Source: a virus
Taxonomy: Duplodnaviria; Heunggongvirae; Uroviricota; Caudoviricetes
Virus record (IMG/VR): IMGVR_UViG_3300027710_000009
Reading direction: 5' to 3' (one strand)
DNA length: 64,000 nt
Shown here one piece after another: positions 18,160-28,498 of the stretch. The position numbers were made by a program, and so were the translations under genes. A model generated the notes under the pieces. The model did not search any database, was not told where the DNA came from, and saw only the letters and a program-made list of their open reading frames with translations. Position 1 is the stretch's first letter. Each line of letters begins with the position of its first letter.

Positions 18160-19284
18160 TTATAAACTGAATCCTTTGAACGTGTTATTGTCGACGTCTT
18201 GTTTGGTTCCGCCGATCACGTATGTAGTTATCTCAGTTTCCTGGGGAGCAACTTGAACTTCCGCTCCTGCAATCCATTTGGCTGTCCAAGGCAGGGGATT
18301 TGATCCTGTCTTGATTCCGCACTTGAGGCCCACCGCAGTCATGCGCTTGCAGGTCAACCAGTCAATGTAGTCGCACAGCAGTTGTTTGTTCAAACCGATC
18401 ATGCTGCCATCTTTGAATAGATATTCAGCCCATTCTTTTTCCTGAGCCGCTGCCTGCAAGAACATAGTCTCGCATTCGTGCAATGTTTCTTCCTTGATCT
18501 TGATATAATCAGGATCATCCTGTGGCAACAATTTTAGCAGAGTCTGAGTTGAGCCTAGGTGTACGTTTTCGTCGCGGCAGATCAGTTTGATAATTTTGGC
18601 ATTGCCTTCCATTTTCTTTAGTTCAGCAAAAGCCCAGGAGCAAGCAAAGCTCACATAAAATCTTATGCCTTCCAGTGCGTTCACACTATTCAAACACATC
18701 CATAACTTTTTCTTGAGATCGTATAGATCCACAACAACTTGTTTTCCGTTCACAGTGTGTGTGCCAACTCCCAGCATGTTGTACCATGCACTGGCTTCTA
18801 TCAAGGCATCATAGTATTTGCTAATGTCTTTGGCACATTTAACAATTTCGTCAATCTCAGTCAATTGATCAAAAATAATACTTGGATCACTGTATACATT
18901 GCGAATGATGTGAGTGTAACTGCGGCTGTGGATGGTCTCGTTAAAGGTCCATGTTGCAATCCAAGTTTCCAGTTCTGGCAAGCTCACAATTGAGCCAAAA
19001 GCCGCACTGGGTGCGCGGCCTTGCACTGAGTCTAGTAGGATTTGTCTTTTGAGATTGCTGGTAAAAATATGTTGTTCAAAATCTGTTAGTTCTTTGAAAT
19101 CCTTGCTGTCATGGCCAACATCAATTTCTTCTGGTCTCCAGAAGAAACCCAGTTGCTTGTCAGTGAGTTTATCAAATTGCCTGTATTTGAGTGTGTCGTA
19201 GCGTTGCAAAGTCACGCCACCGGCGGGATCAAAAAAGGCAAGGCTGTTGATGTGTGATTTGCTGTTTAGATTGAATACGGACAT
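18160..19284 (-). CDS. nrdB: Ribonucleotide reductase class Ia beta subunit
   Basis: FFWRPEE, LDSVQGR, ETIHSRSY, EGIRFYVSF, RDENVH, VAPQETEI..Y. Confidence 0.98.
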   Translation of the reverse strand: MSVFNLNSKSHINSLAFFDPAGGVTLQRYDTLKYRQFDKLTDKQLGFFWRPEEIDVGHDSKDFKELTDFEQHIFTSNLKRQILLDSVQGRAPSAAFGSIVSLPELETWIATWTFNETIHSRSYTHIIRNVYSDPSIIFDQLTEIDEIVKCAKDISKYYDALIEASAWYNMLGVGTHTVNGKQVVVDLYDLKKKLWMCLNSVNALEGIRFYVSFACSWAFAELKKMEGNAKIIKLICRDENVHLGSTQTLLKLLPQDDPDYIKIKEETLHECETMFLQAAAQEKEWAEYLFKDGSMIGLNKQLLCDYIDWLTCKRMTAVGLKCGIKTGSNPLPWTAKWIAGAEVQVAPQETEITTYVIGGTKQDVDNNTFKGFSL

Positions 19285-19294
19285 GGTGTCTTCC

Positions 19295-21595
19295 TTAAAT
19301 TACGCAACTGTCGCAATCTTCTTGCTCGATTGCTTCTAATGGTAATTCTTCTTTGTTGTTTAGTTTGTCGATGTCAATTTCGCCTTGACCATCGTAGGTG
19401 TTGAAATAATACAGTTGTTTGCCGCCGTATTTGTAAAACTGTAACAGGTGCTGTAGCATGGTGCTCATTGGGATTTTTTCATCACCGTAGTACTGTGGAT
19501 TGTAACTGGTGTTTACTGAGATGCCTTGATCAATGTATTTTTGTAGCACAGCACAGATGTTCATGTAACCTTCTGGGCTCTTTTGATCCCACAACAGTTC
19601 ATACTTGTTTTTTAGTCGACGATACTCAGGTACAACTTGTTTGAGTACACCGTGTTTGCTCTGCTTGATACTGACATAACTGCGTGGTGGTTCAATGCCA
19701 TTGGTAGCATTGGCAATTTGCGCACTTGTTTCTGCTGGCATCAAAGCCATTAGTGTGGCATTGCGAATACCTGTTCTAAGAATCTGTTCACGCAGACCCT
19801 GCCAATTCATGCGCTCTTGATGCGGCACCAATTCGTCAATGTCTCGCTTGCGTGTGTCAATGGGCAACAGGCCATCTGCATACTTTAGATCTTGCCACCG
19901 CTTGCAAGGACCTTGCTCCTCGGCTAAATCTGCGCTGGCTTTAATCAAATAATAACTCCATGCTTCTGCATACTCGTCAACCAGTGGCAAGGCACGAGGA
20001 TCTGAATAGCTGACGTCATTCTTGGCCAAGAAGTAGGCTAGGTTAATAATTCCAACACCTAGTGGGCGAAACTCTTCTGTGGCCAAACGTGCGGCTTTAA
20101 CTGGATAGTCTTGATACGATAATAGAGCATCCAAGCCACGTACTGCCAAGCGACCAATGCGTTCGAAATCATGTGGGCTTTTTACATTGCCCCAATTGGC
20201 TGCACTCAAGGTACAGAGAGCAATCCTACCATCTTCGTCATTGATATCTTTCAATGGTACAGTTGGCAAATCAATTTCAGTACACAAATTGCTCATCTTG
20301 ATAGGAGCAACCTTTTCTTTGAACGGGGAGTGGGTGTTAGCATGATCCACGTTCATCAAATAAATGCGGCCAGTGTCTTTGCGCTCTTGCATAAAGCTAG
20401 AGAACAAGGTCACGGCTTTGATAGTCTTCTTGCGAAGTTTGGTATTGCGTTCTGCACGTTCGTACAGTTCTTTGAAACGATCTTGATCATTGAAGAATGC
20501 TTCATACATCTCGGGTAAGTCGTGTGGTGAGAACAATGTGATGTCTCCACCTGTGAGCAGTCGCTCATACATGAGCTTGTTGAACTGCACACCATAGTCC
20601 ATGTGACGCACACGATTGTCTTCTGTGCCTTTGTTATTTTTCAATACCAATAGGTCTTCAACTTCCAAATGCCAGATGGGATAGTACAAGGTTGCGGCAC
20701 CATTGCGTACACCACCTTGTGAGCAACTACGAGTAGCTGTTTGAAAGTGTTTGTAGAAAGGCACTACGCCTGTGTGGTAAGCATCCCCACGTCGAATGGG
20801 ACTGCCTAGGGCACGTATTCGTCCTGCACCAATGCCAATACCTGCTTTTTGTGAAACATACTTGACAATTGAACTTGCTGTGGCGTTGATGCTGTCAAGA
20901 CTGTCGTCTGTTTCAATCAACACACAGGAACTAAATTGTTTCTGCGGAGTGCGCAGGCCTGCCATGATAGGAGTAGGAAGACTAATGTCGTGATGACTGA
21001 TAGCATCATAATAATCTTTGACCCACTGCAAACGTGTTGCTGTTGGATAATTCTGAAACAGTGTTGCGGCAATGAGAATATAACTCATTTGTGGGGTCTC
21101 GAGGATCTCCCCAGTCACACGATTTTGTACCAAATATTTGCCACGCATCTGTTCCATGGCAACATAGGTCAAACGTTCGTCTCTTTCGTGCTGAATAAAA
21201 CTATTGATCTTTTCCCACTCTTCTTGGCTGTAGGCTCCCAGTAGTCCTCGATCATAAAAACCATTTTCTACATTTCGCTTCACAAGATCCAGCAGGGGCC
21301 ATGGTTCATAGTTGTTGTAAACTTGTTTACGCAAATGGTAATTAATCAGCCTGCCGGCCACATATTGATAATTTGGAGTTTCTTCAGATATCAAGTCAGC
21401 CGCACTCTTGATCAGCGTTTCTTGAATTTCTGATGTTTTAATTCCGTTGTAAAACTGTATGTGACTTTTGATTTCTACTTCGCTTGCACTTACACCCGTG
21501 ATGCCTTCTGTGGCCCAAAATACTACTTTGTGTAATTTTTCTAGATTTAACGGCTCTTTTGTGCCGTCTCTTTTTGTAACTTGTATCTGACTCAT
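19295..21595 (-). CDS. nrdA: Ribonucleotide reductase class Ia alpha subunit
   Basis: ATP cone, QFSSCV, SNLCTEI, GGKQLYY, C-terminal CDSC. Confidence 0.98.
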   Translation of the reverse strand: MSQIQVTKRDGTKEPLNLEKLHKVVFWATEGITGVSASEVEIKSHIQFYNGIKTSEIQETLIKSAADLISEETPNYQYVAGRLINYHLRKQVYNNYEPWPLLDLVKRNVENGFYDRGLLGAYSQEEWEKINSFIQHERDERLTYVAMEQMRGKYLVQNRVTGEILETPQMSYILIAATLFQNYPTATRLQWVKDYYDAISHHDISLPTPIMAGLRTPQKQFSSCVLIETDDSLDSINATASSIVKYVSQKAGIGIGAGRIRALGSPIRRGDAYHTGVVPFYKHFQTATRSCSQGGVRNGAATLYYPIWHLEVEDLLVLKNNKGTEDNRVRHMDYGVQFNKLMYERLLTGGDITLFSPHDLPEMYEAFFNDQDRFKELYERAERNTKLRKKTIKAVTLFSSFMQERKDTGRIYLMNVDHANTHSPFKEKVAPIKMSNLCTEIDLPTVPLKDINDEDGRIALCTLSAANWGNVKSPHDFERIGRLAVRGLDALLSYQDYPVKAARLATEEFRPLGVGIINLAYFLAKNDVSYSDPRALPLVDEYAEAWSYYLIKASADLAEEQGPCKRWQDLKYADGLLPIDTRKRDIDELVPHQERMNWQGLREQILRTGIRNATLMALMPAETSAQIANATNGIEPPRSYVSIKQSKHGVLKQVVPEYRRLKNKYELLWDQKSPEGYMNICAVLQKYIDQGISVNTSYNPQYYGDEKIPMSTMLQHLLQFYKYGGKQLYYFNTYDGQGEIDIDKLNNKEELPLEAIEQEDCDSCVI

Positions 21596-21608
21596 TGATT
21601 CCTCTAAT

Positions 21609-22055
21609 TCAGTAGTTGTCCAGCTTCAGCTCAGAGCTGGCGTAATCGATTACATGTGCTAGGTCGTCTGGTATTGATTTTTTATTTACGACTTCTTCGG
21701 GTTCCAAATTAAGAACATATTTTCCATCGTCGATCCAAACTAAATTATACTGATACAACGTACCCTTGCGTCTAAGCACACGCAAGCATAGATCATGCCC
21801 GCTATGGTCACTTAGATGTATAGTATACAGGATTCCCAGGGCGCGAGCAAGATCACAATAGTAATTCTCGGCAATTAAAGTCCAGGGATCTGGCCAACTA
21901 TCGGGCTTGTCGTGATCAAGATAGAAGGGAGTGAACGGTGCGCGACTCCAAAACTTTGCAGTCTGCTCCAATGCTTGTTCAAAAGGTAATAAATTGATTT
22001 CACGCCTAAAACGTTTCCACTGTTCTAGGCGATCTGCCGACGGCAACTTCCACAT
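21609..22055 (-). CDS. Hypothetical protein
   Basis: 148 aa ORF (WPDPW...YC motif); TAAGTA upstream. Confidence 0.7.
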   Translation of the reverse strand: MWKLPSADRLEQWKRFRREINLLPFEQALEQTAKFWSRAPFTPFYLDHDKPDSWPDPWTLIAENYYCDLARALGILYTIHLSDHSGHDLCLRVLRRKGTLYQYNLVWIDDGKYVLNLEPEEVVNKKSIPDDLAHVIDYASSELKLDNY

Positions 22056-22070
22056 GCAGTTACTTATGTG

Positions 22071-23696
22071 TTATATTAATCGTGTGATAGAATATACCAA
22101 ATTACCTGTGCCATTTGAGTCGCTGGCATAATTTAGTACGGCAGTGGTAGCGTTTACACTGGTAACTGTGAACGTCACTCCGGTTGGGTTGGTCCTGTTG
22201 GGCCATACTCCAGTGGCATTTGGGTACTCAGTGTATTCATCTGTGTATTGAATATTTGTGCCTTGACGAACAACATCAAGCCGACCCTGTCTGTATGCAT
22301 TTATACCTTCTCTCTTGAGCAGATAGTTCATGCTTACTGAGGTAATGGTGCCATCAAATACTATGCCAGTGTTTCCAGTGGCCTGGCTGGCGCTGAGTGT
22401 GATAACGCGAGCTGGCGATTGTGTTTGCATGCCCAGTGTGATACCAGTGTTTGCATCAAAGCCTACACTGACACCACGGTCTTGGATAAACACTCTTGAC
22501 TGTATACTTGCATCATCATTAGGACGTTCAAACACGTCACTGATGCTGTGATTGCCACTGCCACCAAATCTAATTACTGGAGTAAAGATATTGCCATTGA
22601 TACCAGTGTACACTGTGCCAACATCACCAAAATAGTTCATGGTACTCATTACAGAGCTGACAACATCAACATTGGGCACGTGTACATTAACAGCGTGTCT
22701 TGCGATGCCGTCAAATGTACTGCCTAGGATTTTTATATTCTTTGTTTCAACTGGCGATGCAACCTTGTCAACCAACACAGCTTGACTCAACTGCTTGAAT
22801 CCACAACCAAGTAAACGAACGTCGGTGCCATTGATAACCAAGCCTTGTGTGCAGTTGTTGAAATCGCATTCGGTGAATGTTACGTTACGAATAAATCCAG
22901 CATTGCTGATTGGTCGAGCATATACAGCATTTTGACCAGTGATTGAATAGGTATTTGGATTTGTTTGACTGCCTTTGAACACCACTCGAACAAATTCCAC
23001 ACGCTCAGTGGTGTCTAGTCTAACAATGTCTTGATTTTGCAAATGCTCAAGAGTCATTTCAGCAACAGTAATATCTCTTGCTACTGTGGCGCTGCCAGTG
23101 CCGTAGTTTGCGTCAAATTTGTTTTCACTATCTTTAAGTTGAATCAATGGTGCTAGGTTACTGTTTTGACGTAGAACTGTTCGCCCTTTGCCTTCGCCTA
23201 GTAGGTAAACAAAGCTGGGAAGTTTGAGACTAGCACTGATCAAATATGTTCCAGCTGGCACGTGAATCACACGGCGCAGTCTTGGTGTGGTCAATGCAAA
23301 GTTACCAAATTCAATTTCGTCAATTGCACGTTGCAATGAAGCAGTGTCGTCTGTGTTACCATCGCCTGTTGCGCCAAAGTCACGCACATTGACATAGTCG
23401 TCTAGTTTTTGTTGCAGGGTACGCTTGATTGGTGTGTCAGACGTTGCACCAGTACGGCTGGTATAACCAGATTGTGAACCTTTGAACGTGTAAGCATCAC
23501 TGATGTTCAATAGGTCAGAAAATTGTGTGAGAATTTCTGTAACACCAATTTGTGGTGCGCCCTCGGCAATAGTACCATTACCAATGTACAATTGGCGAGT
23601 ATCTACTGCCCAGCCCAGTTCTGCAGACGCTAGTTGTGGTAGATCTTGTTGTAGCCCTTTACGGTGCTGGATTCTTGATATCTGAATAACGGCCAT
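22071..23696 (-). CDS. Tail fibre/spike with Mtd-like N-terminus and pectate-lyase-like beta helix
   Basis: MAVIQISRIQHRKG...ELGW.VDT.QLYIGNG; VNVRDFGATGDGNTDDT; VPAGTYLIS. Confidence 0.8.
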   Translation of the reverse strand: MAVIQISRIQHRKGLQQDLPQLASAELGWAVDTRQLYIGNGTIAEGAPQIGVTEILTQFSDLLNISDAYTFKGSQSGYTSRTGATSDTPIKRTLQQKLDDYVNVRDFGATGDGNTDDTASLQRAIDEIEFGNFALTTPRLRRVIHVPAGTYLISASLKLPSFVYLLGEGKGRTVLRQNSNLAPLIQLKDSENKFDANYGTGSATVARDITVAEMTLEHLQNQDIVRLDTTERVEFVRVVFKGSQTNPNTYSITGQNAVYARPISNAGFIRNVTFTECDFNNCTQGLVINGTDVRLLGCGFKQLSQAVLVDKVASPVETKNIKILGSTFDGIARHAVNVHVPNVDVVSSVMSTMNYFGDVGTVYTGINGNIFTPVIRFGGSGNHSISDVFERPNDDASIQSRVFIQDRGVSVGFDANTGITLGMQTQSPARVITLSASQATGNTGIVFDGTITSVSMNYLLKREGINAYRQGRLDVVRQGTNIQYTDEYTEYPNATGVWPNRTNPTGVTFTVTSVNATTAVLNYASDSNGTGNLVYSITRLI

Positions 23697-23724
23697 TTGC
23701 TAAAAACCCCGGTGTATGGAGTAT

Positions 23725-24435
23725 TTAGCTCATCAGGTAATATAGCTCAACTCGCTTGAGCCACTCTTCTCTCCAGTGGGCAAATTCGTCGCCTTCAATG
23801 ACAAATTCCATGTATTGCGGGGTGGTATAGGAGCCATCTTCCAGCAATTTAGGCTGTACAGCCATTAGAATTACACCGGTGTCTATACTAGTACCATGTG
23901 TGTCATTGTGTGCTTCTGCATAGGCCGCAAGCTGAATAAAGTAATCATCAATGTATTCACGCTTTTTGGGTTTGTTGCTTTGCTTGAAATCCAGGATAGC
24001 TGGCTTGCCTTTCCACACGCCCACACAGTCTGTGGTGCCAGCATATAACCCACTATAATAAACAGGCACTTCGCTTCCCCAAAACTCGTCCACATTGGAA
24101 AGACCGTTGAGGATAACTTCTGCGGCCATGAACCACGAAGGATGTGCATAAGGGTTTGTGGGCAAGGGTTTCATGTCATCGCTAAGGATATATGATTCCA
24201 GGTAACTGTGCATGCGTGTGCCACGATTGGCAGCTTCTGTGGTGATGGCTTGCGCACGTTCATGCCCGATGGCCTTGCGCCAGTTCTCTAGTGCTTGTTT
24301 GCTTTCCTCGCTTTTGGTGCGATCCAGGATTGTTGTCACACTAGGAACTTTGTCACCGTTGGGCAAACAATAGTGTCGTTTGCCTTCTAAGGTGGTACGC
24401 TGTAACGGCTTGTAGTCAAATTTTTTGATAATCAT
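23725..24435 (-). CDS. PD-(D/E)XK exonuclease
   Basis: PSVTTIL, RGT.MH..LE, YAGTTDC, ILDFKQS, QLAAY. Confidence 0.88.
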   Translation of the reverse strand: MIIKKFDYKPLQRTTLEGKRHYCLPNGDKVPSVTTILDRTKSEESKQALENWRKAIGHERAQAITTEAANRGTRMHSYLESYILSDDMKPLPTNPYAHPSWFMAAEVILNGLSNVDEFWGSEVPVYYSGLYAGTTDCVGVWKGKPAILDFKQSNKPKKREYIDDYFIQLAAYAEAHNDTHGTSIDTGVILMAVQPKLLEDGSYTTPQYMEFVIEGDEFAHWREEWLKRVELYYLMS

Positions 24436-24762
24436 TTATACTCGAAAACTTTCCCCGCATCCACAGCGGTCTCGTTCGTTGGGATTTGAAAAGTCAAACC
24501 CTTCATTCAATCCATTGCGCACGTAGTCTACTTCTAGACCATTCAAGTAAACTGAGTCTTTACCGTTTACCCAAATTGTTGCGCCATGGTGTTCATACTT
24601 GAACCAGTCTCTTGTGACTGGCACATGATCTATGTATTCTAACACATAAGCCATGCCAGAGCAACCAGTAGTTCTAACTCCTATGCGTATGCCCACCCCA
24701 GTGCCACGCTTGGCTATGTTGTCTGTGATTTTCTTTGCCGCACGTTCAGTTAGAGTGATCAT
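24436..24762 (-). CDS. iscA: Fe-S cluster A-type carrier IscA
   Basis: ITLTE.AA, TGCSG.AY, F.F.NPN...CGCGESF. Confidence 0.95.
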   Translation of the reverse strand: MITLTERAAKKITDNIAKRGTGVGIRIGVRTTGCSGMAYVLEYIDHVPVTRDWFKYEHHGATIWVNGKDSVYLNGLEVDYVRNGLNEGFDFSNPNERDRCGCGESFRV

Positions 24763-25129
24763 GTTTGCTCTTATAATCAATTATGGCTGCTTTGATAGCA
24801 TCTTCTGCTAGAATTGAACAATGTATTTTTACTGGAGGTAGAGCTAGTTCTTCGGCGATGTCAGAGTTTTTGATTGATCCTGCTTCGTCAAGTGTTTTTC
24901 CTTTGACCCATTCAGTAACCAAACTCGAGCTTGCAATGGCTGACCCGCAGCCATACGTCTTGAATTTTGCGTCCGTGATGATGCCATCTTGCACCTTTAT
25001 CTGTAGTTTCATTACATCACCACACGCAGGTGCTCCTACCATGCCGGTGCCAACTGTGTCGTCAATTTCTAACTTGCCCACATTGCGTGGGTTTTCATAA
25101 TGATCAATTACTTTGTCGCTGTATGCCAT
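24746..25129 (-). CDS. iscU: Fe-S cluster scaffold IscU
   Basis: YSDKVIDHYENPRNVG, GAPACGDVM, KTYGCGSAIAS, LPPVKIHCS. Confidence 0.97.
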   Translation of the reverse strand: MAYSDKVIDHYENPRNVGKLEIDDTVGTGMVGAPACGDVMKLQIKVQDGIITDAKFKTYGCGSAIASSSLVTEWVKGKTLDEAGSIKNSDIAEELALPPVKIHCSILAEDAIKAAIIDYKSKHDHSN

Positions 25130-25132
25130 TGG

Positions 25133-25735
25133 TTATCCTAGGTTACCTGCTACACTGATACGCACACCGTCGGAGGTATAAAACGGTGATACTGTGTGTT
25201 TCATCTTGGCTGGAAATATTGCCATGCGTCCTTCCCAGCTTTTGTCAATTCTAAGAGTTGCTGTGGCAATGTCACCAAGCACTGTGGTGTAGGCAAATGA
25301 AAACATACTGACGTCTTGGTTCTTGGCAAGAGGAAACATTTTTAGTTCTTCTTCGAGATCATAGGGAATGTTTACCCAGATCACCCAACTCAACACACCC
25401 GAATGATCATGCAAGGGATTGTATTCGTGCTTGACCTGTAGGTTCACCCAGGACTCTTGAAATTTCACTGGTTGATCCGATACCATATGATTTCTTTTGA
25501 GATATTCGGCGCCAAGCAGTTCTATCAGTTGCTTGGCTTTGTCGCTTAACTCCAAGGAAAACTCGCCTTTGATTTGTCCAGCAAGTCTACTATTAAACAG
25601 TATGGCTTGTTTGTTTCCAGACATGATCTGATGCACTTGCTCGTGTATTTCAGTCATTACCAGTTCTGGTGCATTCACTAGAATATAGTCAATGTTTGGT
25701 AATACATGTGTTTCAAATTGAAAATACTCGGCCAT
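25133..25735 (-). CDS. Putative 2OG-Fe(II) oxygenase
   Basis: WVN...EYNPLHDH..LSWV...FPA.MKHTV.PF...RISVAGN. Confidence 0.8.
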   Translation of the reverse strand: MAEYFQFETHVLPNIDYILVNAPELVMTEIHEQVHQIMSGNKQAILFNSRLAGQIKGEFSLELSDKAKQLIELLGAEYLKRNHMVSDQPVKFQESWVNLQVKHEYNPLHDHSGVLSWVIWVNIPYDLEEELKMFPLAKNQDVSMFSFAYTTVLGDIATATLRIDKSWEGRMAIFPAKMKHTVSPFYTSDGVRISVAGNLG

Positions 25736-25737
25736 GA

Positions 25738-26265
25738 CTATTTGCCTGGAGGGTTATATGTTTGTTCGTACTCGGCCTTGGCAATTCTGTAGTATCCTGC
25801 ATCACCGTCTTTGACCAGATAATCGCCTGGCTTGATTACCATGCTTTCGCCCCAAGGCGCTGTAAATTGCACAGCCTGCGGTGCTGTGTACACTGCCACT
25901 TGCCTGGGGCTCTGCTCAGGAATCACTGTGCTGCCAATTTCACCTTGGTACAGTTTGCCAAACTTGGCGCTTTTGATCACATAGTTTTCTTGGCTGGGCC
26001 CACTCAGCATGATATCGCCGGGTTCAGCTGTGTTGGTTGTTTCTTTACCATCACCTGTGATGGTATCCACTTGCATCTGTTGTTGAACTTGTGTGTAGGT
26101 CATTGGCGGCATCTTGTGCGGCTGACCATTGTCAACATACTTGTATTGTTTGGCAAGTTTTGTTGTGGGCAAAAATTCCAAGCCGGAAGCAACTTGATTG
26201 ATGTCAACCAAGTTTTCAGCTTCGACTATCATGTCTGAATACTTTCGAAAAAATTTTGGATCCAT
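25738..26265 (-). CDS. PGDYG-like protein
   Basis: Two repeats ending PGDIM and PWGE...PGDYLV...YYRI...F/Y..TY. Confidence 0.65.
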   Translation of the reverse strand: MDPKFFRKYSDMIVEAENLVDINQVASGLEFLPTTKLAKQYKYVDNGQPHKMPPMTYTQVQQQMQVDTITGDGKETTNTAEPGDIMLSGPSQENYVIKSAKFGKLYQGEIGSTVIPEQSPRQVAVYTAPQAVQFTAPWGESMVIKPGDYLVKDGDAGYYRIAKAEYEQTYNPPGK

Positions 26266-26315
26266 TGTAAATACCCCTAGCTTATTGTAAGGTATTTATT
26301 TGGCTATGTCAATGG

Positions 26316-26699
26316 TCAGGAGCGATTGGCAGCGGCTTTTTTAGCCATTGCGTTGACAATACTTGTGGGATCTTTGGCACTGCCACCCGAACCAGTGTCG
26401 GCTGGTTCCTGTGGTGAGCCTGGCTCGTCGCCAAAAGCCTTGAGACTAAGATTGTCTCTATCCATATTGGATATTAGATTTCCAATATCGGCATTGTCGT
26501 TTTTCATTGCGTCAAACAATTCATAGGTCAAGGCATCATAACCAATGATATTGTTTATCATGGTTATAACGCCCGACGTTGTGTGATTGGGCAATCGTTT
26601 TTTGTTGTGGTCCCGGTTGCGCAAAAACTCTAGGACAGTTAGTATCTGCGCTTTGAGTTCGTCTTCCGAGGCACTCTCAAAGAGTTCTCGTAAACGCAT
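26316..26699 (-). CDS. Hypothetical (putative head-associated) protein
   Basis: MRLRELFE start. Confidence 0.7.
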   Translation of the reverse strand: MRLRELFESASEDELKAQILTVLEFLRNRDHNKKRLPNHTTSGVITMINNIIGYDALTYELFDAMKNDNADIGNLISNMDRDNLSLKAFGDEPGSPQEPADTGSGGSAKDPTSIVNAMAKKAAANRS

Positions 26700-26701
26700 G
26701 A

Positions 26702-27409
26702 TTATCTCTTGGCGCGACCTAGTGCTTCTTCACCGCCAGTGGCTGCATCAGTGGCTGCAAACTCGTCGCCACCCATTGCTGGCTCAGTGGCCATGTCAGG
26801 AGCACCGCCCATGTCGCCACCTGGTGCTGGAGGCATGCCGCCAGCTGCCATTGGGTCTGCGCCTGGCATGCCCATTGGTGCAGCCACTTGCTCACCGGCC
26901 AGTGTACGTGCGGCACCGTCTGCTGTTTCACGAGCAGTTTGCAGTTGCCCAACCAACTCAGTCAACAAAGGTACAACTGTGCCTTTGAATGCATCAGCTT
27001 GTGGTTGACCAATTTGATCACGAATAGTGTCTAGCAGTGCAGGCAGTTGTTCATTCTGCATTTTGCTAATGTCTTCCAACATGTCTTGGAAACTGTCCAC
27101 AATATCTTTGGCAGCTAGAATAGCACCTGATTTGGCAATTTCGCTTTCTGTTAAAGGACGGTTTTCATCCAGCCAACGATTCAATCCTTCACGCACCATT
27201 AGAAGTTCCATGTATTTAGGATTCTTCTCAGCGGTGTGAACACCAAAGCTGTGCTTGAGTTTGGTAAGATTTTCAGCTAGAGCTTTGTTCAATGAACGTG
27301 CTTTAGCAACAGTAAGTTGATCATAATCAATTCTAAAGCCAAAGCGGCTTTCATTGATTTTGTTAATCTTACGTGATGTTGGTCTTGTGGCTATATCTTG
27401 TAGTTTCAT
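26702..27409 (-). CDS. Putative prohead core/scaffold-like protein
   Basis: Helical, low-complexity acidic/Pro tail ending LGRAKR; TAAATA at 27436-27441. Confidence 0.55.
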   Translation of the reverse strand: MKLQDIATRPTSRKINKINESRFGFRIDYDQLTVAKARSLNKALAENLTKLKHSFGVHTAEKNPKYMELLMVREGLNRWLDENRPLTESEIAKSGAILAAKDIVDSFQDMLEDISKMQNEQLPALLDTIRDQIGQPQADAFKGTVVPLLTELVGQLQTARETADGAARTLAGEQVAAPMGMPGADPMAAGGMPPAPGGDMGGAPDMATEPAMGGDEFAATDAATGGEEALGRAKR

Positions 27410-27923
27410 GGTTCGTTTCCCATACGTGTTTAGAGTATTTAGCCGCTGTAATCGTTTTCTGCATATTAGTTTGCAGAGTTTCTAGCAGTGGACGAGCATA
27501 GCTCAGGCGAGCAAGGTACAAATCAATAGCAAAACCGTCACCTTTGCGCTGTGCTTGTTGCAGTTTTTCAGTGTAATGATTTACTTCATCTGCTATCTTG
27601 CCCAGTTGTTCATCGCCTTGCAAGAAGTCTGCGCTGTTTTTGAACTTGGCTTGAGTTTCGTACAAGCAGAAAAACACAGCGGCCTGCCTGATGTAAAAAT
27701 CATGCACCCTGCGCTGATCCATGTCTGTTACTACCCAGCTGGTATCATGACGTTTGTGCAAATTAAATTTGCCCACACGATATTGATTTTTTCCAATTTC
27801 AATGCATACAAATCCATGTTGGCGGCTGAGTGTATTGACTTGATCTAGACTCCACTGACTTACTAGCCTTAACAGCACTTCAGTCATTGCTTCGCCTTGT
27901 GCTTGATGCGTGGCTCGACGCAT
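27369..27923 (-). CDS. Hypothetical protein (start uncertain)
   Basis: ORF in operon. Confidence 0.65.
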   Translation of the reverse strand: MRRATHQAQGEAMTEVLLRLVSQWSLDQVNTLSRQHGFVCIEIGKNQYRVGKFNLHKRHDTSWVVTDMDQRRVHDFYIRQAAVFFCLYETQAKFKNSADFLQGDEQLGKIADEVNHYTEKLQQAQRKGDGFAIDLYLARLSYARPLLETLQTNMQKTITAAKYSKHVWETNHETTRYSHKTNIT

Positions 27924-27939
27924 GAGCTTTTTGTTTACA

Positions 27940-28152
27940 TTATTGCGAGATTTTTTTGGTGTACGTGACACGCCCATCGTTATTGATCCTTGCCAGCACG
28001 TCTTTGGTCACTAGGTTATTTGCTATAACAATCTCACGTTCGTTGAGATCTTTCCTAGACACGCTGTTTCCTTCATGGAATTTTGATAAGAGGTCTGTTT
28101 CCTCGTTTGTAATGGGCAACAATAAACCCCGAGTGACCTCTACTATTTTCAT
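27940..28152 (-). CDS. Small hypothetical protein
   Basis: 70 aa; ATGA overlap with upstream gene. Confidence 0.7.
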   Translation of the reverse strand: MKIVEVTRGLLLPITNEETDLLSKFHEGNSVSRKDLNEREIVIANNLVTKDVLARINNDGRVTYTKKISQ

Positions 28153-28406
28153 TTGTTTATAAAGTGTACCAGGACCGTGATTAGTCCGGTTATTAACACA
28201 CTGACAATGGCTGTACCAATAGCAATCAATTGTTTGCTTTGTTTGTCACCGGCGCCAGCTAGTGCTTGTTTGATTTCAAGCACGTGAGTTTCTAAACGTT
28301 CAACCTTGGTCTCTACGCTTTGTATTTTGTTTTCCAACTTCTCATACCTTTCCGCACATAATTCTACATGGGCCTCAAGGTTATTCTTTTCTATATTCGT
28401 TGACAC
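28149..28406 (-). CDS. Coiled-coil protein with C-terminal TM (XhlA/holin-like architecture)
   Basis: LEAHVELCAERY heptads then hydrophobic helix; GTG start with GGAG SD. Confidence 0.65.
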   Translation of the reverse strand: MSTNIEKNNLEAHVELCAERYEKLENKIQSVETKVERLETHVLEIKQALAGAGDKQSKQLIAIGTAIVSVLITGLITVLVHFINK

Positions 28407-28498
28407 CGATTTTGCTCCGTTAAGTTTTAACGATGCTGTTTGTTGAGCCTTGATATGAGCCTTAATAGTTTGCCTATGGATGCCGTTGCATCTGTCAG

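Noticed and set aside
22071-23696. Diversity-generating retroelement target (Mtd-like N-terminus)
   Set aside because: No reverse transcriptase or template/variable repeat pair seen in the window
23725-24435. Possible Cas4 / CRISPR association
   Set aside because: No four-Cys Fe-S motif and no repeat-spacer array or other cas genes seen; fits an ordinary phage exonuclease
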